A stretch of 28,261 nucleotides of DNA, taken from a virus. Lineage: Duplodnaviria; Caudoviricetes. The position numbers and the translations under genes were made by a program. Numbering within the stretch: the first letter of the stretch is position 1; each line of letters starts with the position of its first letter. The notes under the pieces were generated by a model. The model was not told the DNA's origin. It did not search any database and was given only the letters and a program-made list of their open reading frames with translations. Shown in pieces: positions 1-6,377 of the stretch. The stretch spans positions 1-28,261 of the IMG/VR virus record IMGVR_UViG_3300032290_000281; one strand, 5' to 3'.

Positions 1-123
1 TGGTATATTAGTATTGTTATTGTTATTGTTATTGTTATTAGCTTCGGTTTCGCTTACTTCTTGCTTCGGTTTTGCTTCGGTTTCGCTTACGTTTTGCTTC
101 TGTTTAGGTTTACTTCCGTTTAA
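1..123. repeat. Terminal direct repeat (circularisation overlap) identical to 28139..28261
   Basis: 1..123 (tggtatatta...ccgtttaa) is identical to 28139..28261, and a reading frame continues across the joined ends. Confidence 0.95.
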
Positions 124-330
124 GAACCGCTTTAAATTCGCTTCTATTTGCGGCTTAATAAGCAACCATAAAGTTTTAGACAACCCTTCTAACTCTACTT
201 CTTTTTGATTAAAACCTAGTTCGAAAATAGCGTTCCATACGTCCGCCTGTACTTCCTTTTGGCACCCTTTCAAACTTTCGAAAAATGATCTATAAACAAT
301 CATGGTTTCTCTTTGCTTTTCGTCTGTCAT
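1..330 (-). CDS. Phage replication initiator, N-terminal part (DUF6291-like); continues across the junction into 28138..27887 (193 aa total)
   Basis: Manual translation from ATG 330: MTDEKQRETMIVYRSFFESLKGCQKEVQADVWNAIFELGF...LIKPQIEANLKRFLNGSKPK...NNNNNNNNNTNIP, in frame with TLDEFVAYGL... after circularisation. It contains internal tandem repeats and lies directly upstream of the helicase. Not in the ORF track. Confidence 0.8.
   Translation of the reverse strand, partial: MTDEKQRETMIVYRSFFESLKGCQKEVQADVWNAIFELGFNQKEVELEGLSKTLWLLIKPQIEANLKRFLNGSKPKQKQNVSETEAKPKQEVSETEANNNNNNNNNTNIP
13..113. repeat. Putative replication origin: 11-bp-phased iterons plus AT-rich (ATTGTT)x4 tract inside the initiator gene
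   Basis: GCTT-initiated units at 41, 52, 63, 74, 85, 96; GCTTCGGTTTCGCTTAC exact at 41 and 74; (ATTGTT)4 at 13-36. Lambda O-type arrangement. Confidence 0.7.
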
Positions 331-334
331 TACT

Positions 335-763
335 CTATATTTTGTTAATTCGTTGGTATTTTGTCTTTAATAAACTTTCAATACGTCGTGCTGAAATGAT
401 TAAAGAAGTATTGTAGTCGTTAGCGTGCGCGTTCGTTATTTCTATACAGTCTATAACTTCCTGCAGCTTTTCACGTAGTAAAGGGTGGTAACCTTCCAGT
501 GCTAATTTAATCATACTAACCGCATAAATAACGGTGGCATGGTCTTTTTCAAACATTTTGCCTGCATCTACCAACGTGTTACCTGAAAGTACGGCCCATG
601 TCATACCTAGCTGTCGCCACTGCATACGGTCTCTAGATCTATTTGCTATTTTCAGTTCTTCGTGTGAATACGGACAAACTAGAAAAAATTCGTGCATAGT
701 GTAAAATTGTCGTAGTGGTAACTTCTTTTTAATTATTGCTACCGTTGTGCTGTCTTTAACCAT
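335..763 (-). CDS. DnaA C-terminal (domain IV)-like HTH protein
   Basis: RSRDRMQWRQLGM...TLVDAGKMFEKDHATVIYAV matches the DnaA domain IV pattern (R..RQ.AMYL...IG..FG.RDHTTV.HA). Confidence 0.7.
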   Translation of the reverse strand: MVKDSTTVAIIKKKLPLRQFYTMHEFFLVCPYSHEELKIANRSRDRMQWRQLGMTWAVLSGNTLVDAGKMFEKDHATVIYAVSMIKLALEGYHPLLREKLQEVIDCIEITNAHANDYNTSLIISARRIESLLKTKYQRINKI

Positions 764-981
764 TGTCTAAAAGCTATTTGTATGTTTACTTGTTGTTCGC
801 TTGTTTCTGCGCTTGCGTTTTTCATTACGCGTTCGTCTATTTTGCGTATTTGTCCTATTAAATTCTGCGTTGCTATTTTCATTTCAGTTCTAAACGCTTT
901 GTCTTCGTTTAGGTCTTCCAGGAAGTCGGCTAATACCGGAAGTATGGCTATAGCCGAAATAAGTTTTAGATCATTATTCAT
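739..981 (-). CDS. Hypothetical phage protein
   Basis: 80-aa ORF overlapping neighbours in the operon. Confidence 0.7.
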   Translation of the reverse strand: MNNDLKLISAIAILPVLADFLEDLNEDKAFRTEMKIATQNLIGQIRKIDERVMKNASAETSEQQVNIQIAFRQWLKTAQR

Positions 982-1277
982 TTTGGTAGGTGTTTAGTTC
1001 GCATGTATTCTAATTCGTTTTTTACTTCTGTCCAATATTGCAGCGCGTTCATTCTTACAGGTTTAATACTTTCATTGTCTAACCAATTATTTATATCAGT
1101 TATTGTATGTTCATTCCATGCAAAATCAAAATTTAAATTTCCAGCCATTTTTAAAATTTCGTCAACTGCTTTTATTGCAGCGCGGTAACCACCACTTTCG
1201 ACAAAATACGCGTCTGCATCTATCATTACGTCTTCAAATTTATCGTAAAGTTCTTTTGCTTTTTCTATTGGGTTCAT
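978..1277 (-). CDS. Hypothetical phage protein
   Basis: 99-aa ORF with ATGA overlaps on both sides. Confidence 0.7.
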   Translation of the reverse strand: MNPIEKAKELYDKFEDVMIDADAYFVESGGYRAAIKAVDEILKMAGNLNFDFAWNEHTITDINNWLDNESIKPVRMNALQYWTEVKNELEYMRTKHLPK

Positions 1278-1420
1278 AGTTCTTCTACGCTAATTATTAC
1301 ACCTTCCCAAAGGTCCGCTTTTTTACGTGCATCTTCTTTGCTTGCGGCCGTTACTATTTTATACATTTCTACCCACATTTTATGCGCGTAGCCTTTATAG
1401 ATTACTTTGAATTTTTTCAT
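1274..1420 (-). CDS. Small hypothetical protein (48 aa)
   Basis: Manual translation MKKFKVIYKGYAHKMWVEMYKIVTAASKEDARKKADLWEGVIISVEEL; ATGA overlap with the next gene. Confidence 0.7.
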   Translation of the reverse strand: MKKFKVIYKGYAHKMWVEMYKIVTAASKEDARKKADLWEGVIISVEEL

Positions 1421-1464
1421 GTCAAATAGTTTTTACTTTTTTGTTCGTTTTTGTAAAGGGTATT

Positions 1465-1620
1465 TTACGTTGTCGCTTTTTTAATTTCGCTTATCCTATT
1501 AACTAGGTCGCTATTGTAATTAGTCCACCATTTTTTACGGTCCGCATGGGTTATACCTAGCTGCCGTTTAAACTGCTCTTCTAGCTGTTTTAAGTCTGTT
1601 TTAATCTTGTTCTGCTTCAT
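1465..1620 (-). CDS. Small hypothetical protein (51 aa)
   Basis: Manual translation MKQNKIKTDLKQLEEQFKRQLGITHADRKKWWTNYNSDLVNRISEIKKATT; fills an operon gap. Confidence 0.6.
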   Translation of the reverse strand: MKQNKIKTDLKQLEEQFKRQLGITHADRKKWWTNYNSDLVNRISEIKKATT

Positions 1621-1771
1621 TGTCTTCTACGTAAATAAATACTTCGCCTGAACCGTTACATTCGTTGCATCTAAACATACCTGTTCTAGAGTAGTCGCCT
1701 TCGTTCGTTTGGCCTTCAACGACACCTTCGCCGTTGCAGTCTTCGCATGCAATTAAAATCTTTTCGTACAT
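1601..1771 (-). CDS. DnaJ-type zinc-finger small protein (56 aa)
   Basis: Manual translation MYEKILIACEDCNGEG...RCNECNGSGEV...; two CxxCxGxG motifs. Confidence 0.75.
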   Translation of the reverse strand: MYEKILIACEDCNGEGVVEGQTNEGDYSRTGMFRCNECNGSGEVFIYVEDNEAEQD

Positions 1772-1773
1772 GG

Positions 1774-1989
1774 TTATAGGTCTGTTACGTTAATACCTGC
1801 TATTTCAATCATTGTTTCTTCTACTATATTTCGGGCCGTGTAGTAGGCCGTACTTTCAGCGTCCGTTTTTGCGACCTTCTGGTTATGGTTTAGCTGTCGC
1901 ATAATTTCCTTGTAGCCTTCAATAAGTGCTTCAATTTTATCGTTCTTTTGTTCGATAATTACTGCCTGTTTGTATTCGTAAGCTGTCAT
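1774..1989 (-). CDS. Hypothetical phage protein
   Basis: 71-aa ORF in the operon. Confidence 0.7.
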   Translation of the reverse strand: MTAYEYKQAVIIEQKNDKIEALIEGYKEIMRQLNHNQKVAKTDAESTAYYTARNIVEETMIEIAGINVTDL

Positions 1990-2000
1990 GATTTAAGTTA

Positions 2001-2117
2001 TTAAAGTGAATAAAAATAAAATACAATTCCTAAGATTAAAAGGCCGAAAAACATACCAATTAAAGAGTTAGTCTCTTCGGCGTTGCGTGGTGTGAAATAG
2101 TTAAGTAAATTTTTCAT
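2001..2117 (-). CDS. Small single-pass membrane protein (38 aa), first gene of early operon 1
   Basis: Manual translation MKNLLNYFTPRNAEETNSLIGMFFGLLILGIVFYFYSL; A-rich leader and a TAnnTTTG promoter directly upstream. Confidence 0.65.
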   Translation of the reverse strand: MKNLLNYFTPRNAEETNSLIGMFFGLLILGIVFYFYSL

Positions 2118-2150
2118 GTCGTTTTGTTTTTTTCGTTGTTGATTACCTTA

Positions 2151-2180
2151 CAAAGGTACTGCTTTATTTTTAATACACAA
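2151..2180 (-). promoter_or_regulatory. Bacteroidota housekeeping-sigma promoter, early operon 1
   Basis: Minus strand TTGTGTATTAAAAATAAAGCAG-TACCTTTG: a -7 TAnnTTTG element with TTG upstream. Confidence 0.75.
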
Positions 2181-2307
2181 TAGTTCCTAACATTTTTTTG
2201 ACATTTTTTTTTATCTTTTTTCAGAAAGTCAATGTTTACGCGGGTTTCAGGACGAAAAAAAAATTCACTTTGTCACGAATTTAGATTAAAAGTGTGACTA
2301 TAAACGT

Positions 2308-2335
2308 AAAAAAGGCAGCCTTTCGACCGCCTTTT
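2308..2335 (-). terminator. Intrinsic terminator (end of lysis/late transcript and of the candidate sRNA)
   Basis: AAAAGGCGGTC-GAAA-GGCTGCCTTTTTT: GC stem, GNRA loop, U tract. Confidence 0.85.
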
Positions 2336-2368
2336 CTGTACCTAAAATGAAAAAAACAAAACTTGTGT
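2308..2368 (-). ncRNA. Candidate ~60-nt antisense regulatory RNA
   Basis: Lies between TATATTTG (2372-2379) and the terminator. Its 5' part GUUUUGUUUUUUUCAU is complementary to the start regions of the genes at 2117 and 25505. Confidence 0.5.
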
Positions 2369-2371
2369 CCG

Positions 2372-2379
2372 CAAATATA
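2372..2379 (-). promoter_or_regulatory. TAnnTTTG -7 element upstream of the candidate sRNA
   Basis: GTATATTTGC; the same GTATATTTG core occurs at 22814 and 25529. No clear -33 element. Confidence 0.55.
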
Positions 2380-3153
2380 CTAAATTCCGTTAATCATTTT
2401 GTATTCTATCCAGTTCATGTAAACTTTATTGTTTACTGAATAAGCAGAACGACAACCGTCCTTACAAAGTAACGAGTGCATAATGGTACCTGCAGCTGTC
2501 GTATAGGTTTTACTTAGTCTTACGTTTGGCGTGCCGCAGTTAGGACATTCCCAACGTTCGCCACCGCGCAAAGTCGAATAGTTAACCTTATGTTTAGAAT
2601 AAGGCCGCAGTTTTTCGAATACCTTTTCTAAAATAACGACGTCGTTTTTACAATAGTCCACCATGCGTGTAAGAGCTTCCTGATCTTTGTCAAAAAGTAT
2701 AGACTTCCAGGTTTCAAAGCCGCCCGTTTCTGTCTTCGCACCAACGCCTAAGTATTTACTAATATAGTCTAACTTATTAGAGTTAAAATAGAACCCACTT
2801 TTAGCGTATTTAAGCGTGTCAATGGTGCGGTAGGTAGGAAACATTTCGACGTCGTGGTAAATACAGCGTGTACGTAACCATTTAATGTCGAAGCGGTCCC
2901 CGTTGTGGCCTATTATTTCGTCCGCTTTATTTACTTCTTTAATAAACTTTTCTAGTAGCTTTTTGTCGTCCTGCTTTTTGTCCCAGGTTAAAGCATGTAC
3001 TTCGTCTTCGCCTTCCCACTTCCAACACACGCAAATTATAGCGCGTTCTTTTACTATATTGTCGTGTGAAATGTTTAGGTTATATCCTATCCTCCAACTA
3101 GTAACTATGTTAGGTGAAGTTTCAATGTCGAAAAATAGTCTTTTACGTGTCAT
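2380..3153 (-). CDS. DEDD / RNase H-like 3'-5' exonuclease with C-terminal zinc ribbon
   Basis: ExoI FFDIETSP, ExoII IIGHNGDRFD, ExoIII YCKNDV; C-terminal CPNC...CKDGC. Confidence 0.85.
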   Translation of the reverse strand: MTRKRLFFDIETSPNIVTSWRIGYNLNISHDNIVKERAIICVCWKWEGEDEVHALTWDKKQDDKKLLEKFIKEVNKADEIIGHNGDRFDIKWLRTRCIYHDVEMFPTYRTIDTLKYAKSGFYFNSNKLDYISKYLGVGAKTETGGFETWKSILFDKDQEALTRMVDYCKNDVVILEKVFEKLRPYSKHKVNYSTLRGGERWECPNCGTPNVRLSKTYTTAAGTIMHSLLCKDGCRSAYSVNNKVYMNWIEYKMINGI

Positions 3154-3713
3154 GGTCTAAAGGTATCGTAATAATCTGACAATCTATTTAGCCAACCTTT
3201 GCGGTATTTAGCGTTCTTACTTCCGGGTTTACTAATAGCAATAAAAAAGGCTTCGCGAAGTCTAATAAGTTCGTCAAATAAGATGCGTTCGTTTAGTTCG
3301 TTTGCAGCTGCTATAGTCTTAGGTCCTATTGCGCCGTCAATGGCGACGTTTTTACCTAGATTATTTAAGGCTTGTTGAAGTGTTTTAATAGCTTGTCGTT
3401 GTCCGGACCCCCACGCCATACCTGTTACTATAACACCAACGGAAAAAGACTTAAATTCGTCAGCTCTTACGCTGTCCCAATAACCGCGTTTGAAAATCTT
3501 AAACCAGTCTTCCGTATTCATGTTTAAGAAACGTTGATCGTTAAACGTTCCGAAGGTACCTACCCAGGTAGAATAACAAATACCCATGTTTGTGTGGTAT
3601 TTCTTACCATTGAATAAAGTAGGACAATACATGGCGCTGCAGCTGTCCGAAGGGTCACCACTTAAACCGCCTTCCCACTTTTTAATAAATTTAATGTACG
3701 TATTTATGTCCAT
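3150..3713 (-). CDS. Endolysin, glycoside hydrolase family 108 with peptidoglycan-binding C-terminus
   Basis: KWEGG...D..D, TNMGI, LQQAL...DGAIGPKT, KYRKGWLNRL. Confidence 0.85.
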   Translation of the reverse strand: MDINTYIKFIKKWEGGLSGDPSDSCSAMYCPTLFNGKKYHTNMGICYSTWVGTFGTFNDQRFLNMNTEDWFKIFKRGYWDSVRADEFKSFSVGVIVTGMAWGSGQRQAIKTLQQALNNLGKNVAIDGAIGPKTIAAANELNERILFDELIRLREAFFIAISKPGSKNAKYRKGWLNRLSDYYDTFRP

Positions 3714-3728
3714 AGTAAAAATTTTTTA

Positions 3729-4187
3729 CTAAAGTACACGTTTTCTTAATAGAATAAACAGAAAAATTAAGGTTAGAATAAACCCCGAAATAATAAATAA
3801 GTTCTTGAATTGGTTTAGCGTAGAGTGTTTTGCACCTAAACGTTCCTTTTTTAAGTCATTTTCACGCGATTTAAGCGCATTTCTCAAACTGTCCTTATAC
3901 ATTTGTCTAATCGTACGCAAACTATCGTTAAAACGCTTGTAATCGTATCGTATTTCGTAACGTGTTTTTGGTATGTAGGAAGTTCTATAGTGTATAATAG
4001 TATCTTTTGACGTTATTATTTTTTCCCAATAGGTCGTGTCATGCTTAATTACTAGAAAACTATCTACCTTAACTACTCTAATAGTGTCCGTAACGGTGTC
4101 GCATCTGTAACCTTTTTTTTCTGCACGTCTAATTAGGTTCTGAACAGAACAGGACGCTAACAATAAAATCAAAAATAAATACTTCAT
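3729..4187 (-). CDS. Putative unimolecular spanin (u-spanin)
   Basis: N-terminal lipoprotein signal (LILLLASC), C-terminal transmembrane helix (LFIISGFILTLIFLFILL) then a basic tail; located between holin and endolysin. Confidence 0.75.
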   Translation of the reverse strand: MKYLFLILLLASCSVQNLIRRAEKKGYRCDTVTDTIRVVKVDSFLVIKHDTTYWEKIITSKDTIIHYRTSYIPKTRYEIRYDYKRFNDSLRTIRQMYKDSLRNALKSRENDLKKERLGAKHSTLNQFKNLFIISGFILTLIFLFILLRKRVL

Positions 4188-4601
4188 TTAGAAACTGTCT
4201 TTAATTGCTTTAGCTTTTTTTACAAACGACTTGAAACGTGCTATAAAACCTTTGTCGTCACCGTATTTTACTCTTATTTTCTCGTCAATACTTACGACTT
4301 CAATACTAGCTAGAAATAAACCAACCAATTTAGTTAGCGTATAGTCCACCGAAAAGACTGTCTTTACCATTTCGTTAACCATTGAATAGTCTATAAGGAA
4401 GAAAAGCAATACCGCACTTTCGTAAGTAATCATTTTACCTATTAAACCTTTTCTAAGTCTACGGCTGCTAAACTTTTCATCTGTTAATCTAATAGCCACA
4501 AACGTATCTACAAAAATAGCTATACCAATAACCAACAAAATAACCTGAATAGGCGCAAAGAACGAATAAACCGCTACAAGGCCTGCTATTAAATACTTCA
4601 T
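4188..4601 (-). CDS. Holin (Phage_holin_4-like)
   Basis: Several hydrophobic segments; D in TM1, SRRLRKG..K, E..SIDE pattern; basic C-terminus. Confidence 0.8.
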   Translation of the reverse strand: MKYLIAGLVAVYSFFAPIQVILLVIGIAIFVDTFVAIRLTDEKFSSRRLRKGLIGKMITYESAVLLFFLIDYSMVNEMVKTVFSVDYTLTKLVGLFLASIEVVSIDEKIRVKYGDDKGFIARFKSFVKKAKAIKDSF

Positions 4602-4828
4602 ACTTCGTATTTAATTAGCTCGTTAAACGTCCAGGCTATAACTTCATCTTTAGACCAGGTAGAAGTGTACGTATAACCGTCTAAATTTACGCCGTAGTCC
4701 TGCGCTTCTGTACTTAGTAACACGTCAACTTTACACGCTTTGTTTCTTAGATCATCTGTAATATAAACTACCTCTATTTTAGGGTCCGTTATTGTTTCTT
4801 CGAAGAAGATAAATTTATAGTTTGCCAT
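4598..4828 (-). CDS. Small fibre-associated / hypothetical protein
   Basis: 76 aa, immediately downstream of the fibre-like gene. Confidence 0.6.
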   Translation of the reverse strand: MANYKFIFFEETITDPKIEVVYITDDLRNKACKVDVLLSTEAQDYGVNLDGYTYTSTWSKDEVIAWTFNELIKYEV

Positions 4829-4832
4829 AGTT

Positions 4833-6377
4833 TTAACTTATTGTAGTTCCGTTTACCGTACATACTCTACACCACATACCATAAAGCGCGCTTGTTTTTG
4901 CACTTGACGTAAAAGGGTTAACACCTGCTAGGTCTGTAGCAACCCCAGAAGCGCCTGCAGGTTGTGTACTTACCCAAAAATAACGTAGCGTAGTATTAAA
5001 TGGTGGGTAGTTTAATTGGTAGTTAGCAAGTCTTCCCCAGTCTAAAATGTTAATCATTTCCTGCATGTTAGTAAGATACCAACCACGAAGACCGTCAAAT
5101 ACATTATTTGTATATAAACTACATTGGGTTGCTAGTGGGCGTGTACTTGACATGTCGCCGAAGTAATAAGCAAGTACTGTAGTACCATTATGCGTAGACC
5201 AGTCAAAAGTTACAGACGTTGTATACGTACTACCACCCGTTTTATTTGTAAACCTATTTGTATTTCCAAAAGGGTTATTTGAAAGTAATGTTAATCTATC
5301 AGTTAAACGACCTCGTTGTGTAGCTCCGTCGTCGTGTGCTGTATAAGACGTTGTTTGTCCAGTCTTTAAAAGCGTTGCGCCTACCGGTACAAAAGAAGAC
5401 GTGTTTATGACTATATGGACGTGGTCTTGGTTGCCGTTATACGTTACGCTTTGAGGTGAAATAGTACCACCGCTTTGGTTTTGTAGTAAAATATCAAGGG
5501 GTTCTTCTGCGTGAATTACAAACCCATTCCCACCGTTTACCGTTATATCGTTGTTTTGAATAATATACTCAGTGGTGCCGTTTGAAGGTGTGCTAACATT
5601 GGCTATAGTGCCGTCCGCTTCATGCTTAATATGTACAATACCGTCGGGTGCTGTTATTGTCGCGTTGTCGCCGCAGTCAATAGAACCCGAAGTAATTAAA
5701 GTTGGTACGCTGTTGTATAGATCGTAGGTGGCAGGTTCACATGCAGGAAGTGTAACACTAATAGTTTCGTCCTGTACGCTTGGGTAGTAGGCATCTGAAA
5801 GTACGTTTTCGTTTTGGTCCAATACTACAAGGTGAACGTCAGGTAAAATAAGTAAACCACCGCTAGCGACCGTTGCCGTATAGCTTCCGTCCGTATTTTC
5901 AACGCTTCCGTCTGCACATTCTACAGGTGTAGGTATAATTGGTTCCATTGGTATTTCACAAGGTCCGTAAGTAGCAACCTCAAACGTAATAGACATAACC
6001 CACCCTGCTACGTAGTCCAGGTCGAAGTTGTTAATAGGTGTCATTGTAGACGTTCCTACTACGTCTAACTGCGCGTCCATGTCGTTCGTGTAGTAAACGT
6101 ACATGTCTTTTAGAATAAGTTGGCAGTCGCTAACAATAGTGTTAAGGTTTGCGCGGTCTTTTTGTATAATGTCTACGCAATAGACGTTTATACTAAATTG
6201 GTTCGTGTTTAGGTCTTCTAAGTCGCTAATAGGTTCAACAAAAACTACCGGGTATTTTTCATTTTTAGTTGAAAAGTTAGGCATCTGTTCGCGAAATTCG
6301 CCGCCGTATTTCTTGATCTGCAAGTGAGCGTTACAAAACTGCTCTATTTTACTTAGTAATGTTATATAGCTTGTCAT
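4833..6377 (-). CDS. Tail terminator/completion-like N-terminal domain fused to a fibre with DUF1566 (C-type lectin fold)-like C-terminus
   Basis: First ~145 aa (YPVVFVEP...DIIQKD...SDCQLILKD...VAGWVMSITFEV...CEIP) look like a tail-terminator-type protein. The C-terminus has KTGQTTSY..DDG..QRG, GWYL.NMQE...I.D, YFWVST...CR. Confidence 0.6.
   Translation of the reverse strand: MTSYITLLSKIEQFCNAHLQIKKYGGEFREQMPNFSTKNEKYPVVFVEPISDLEDLNTNQFSINVYCVDIIQKDRANLNTIVSDCQLILKDMYVYYTNDMDAQLDVVGTSTMTPINNFDLDYVAGWVMSITFEVATYGPCEIPMEPIIPTPVECADGSVENTDGSYTATVASGGLLILPDVHLVVLDQNENVLSDAYYPSVQDETISVTLPACEPATYDLYNSVPTLITSGSIDCGDNATITAPDGIVHIKHEADGTIANVSTPSNGTTEYIIQNNDITVNGGNGFVIHAEEPLDILLQNQSGGTISPQSVTYNGNQDHVHIVINTSSFVPVGATLLKTGQTTSYTAHDDGATQRGRLTDRLTLLSNNPFGNTNRFTNKTGGSTYTTSVTFDWSTHNGTTVLAYYFGDMSSTRPLATQCSLYTNNVFDGLRGWYLTNMQEMINILDWGRLANYQLNYPPFNTTLRYFWVSTQPAGASGVATDLAGVNPFTSSAKTSALYGMWCRVCTVNGTTIS

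Noticed and set aside
13-113. Short repeats as a CRISPR array
   Set aside because: Units are tandem with no unique spacers, lie in a coding frame, and there are no cas genes.
1-123. 123-nt terminal repeat as a biological direct terminal repeat
   Set aside because: It falls in the middle of the initiator ORF and putative origin; an assembly overlap of a circular or permuted genome is more parsimonious.
2347-2439. Plus-strand 30-aa ORF MKKTKLVSANILNS... as the explanation for the ATGAAAAAAACAAAAC sequence
   Set aside because: No consensus plus-strand promoter, the hairpin at 2310-2335 lies just upstream, and the ORF runs antisense into the exonuclease. It remains the main alternative to the sRNA reading.
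4833-5000. Diversity-generating retroelement acting on the DUF1566-like domain
   Set aside because: No reverse transcriptase ORF and no second near-copy (template repeat) was seen in the genome.
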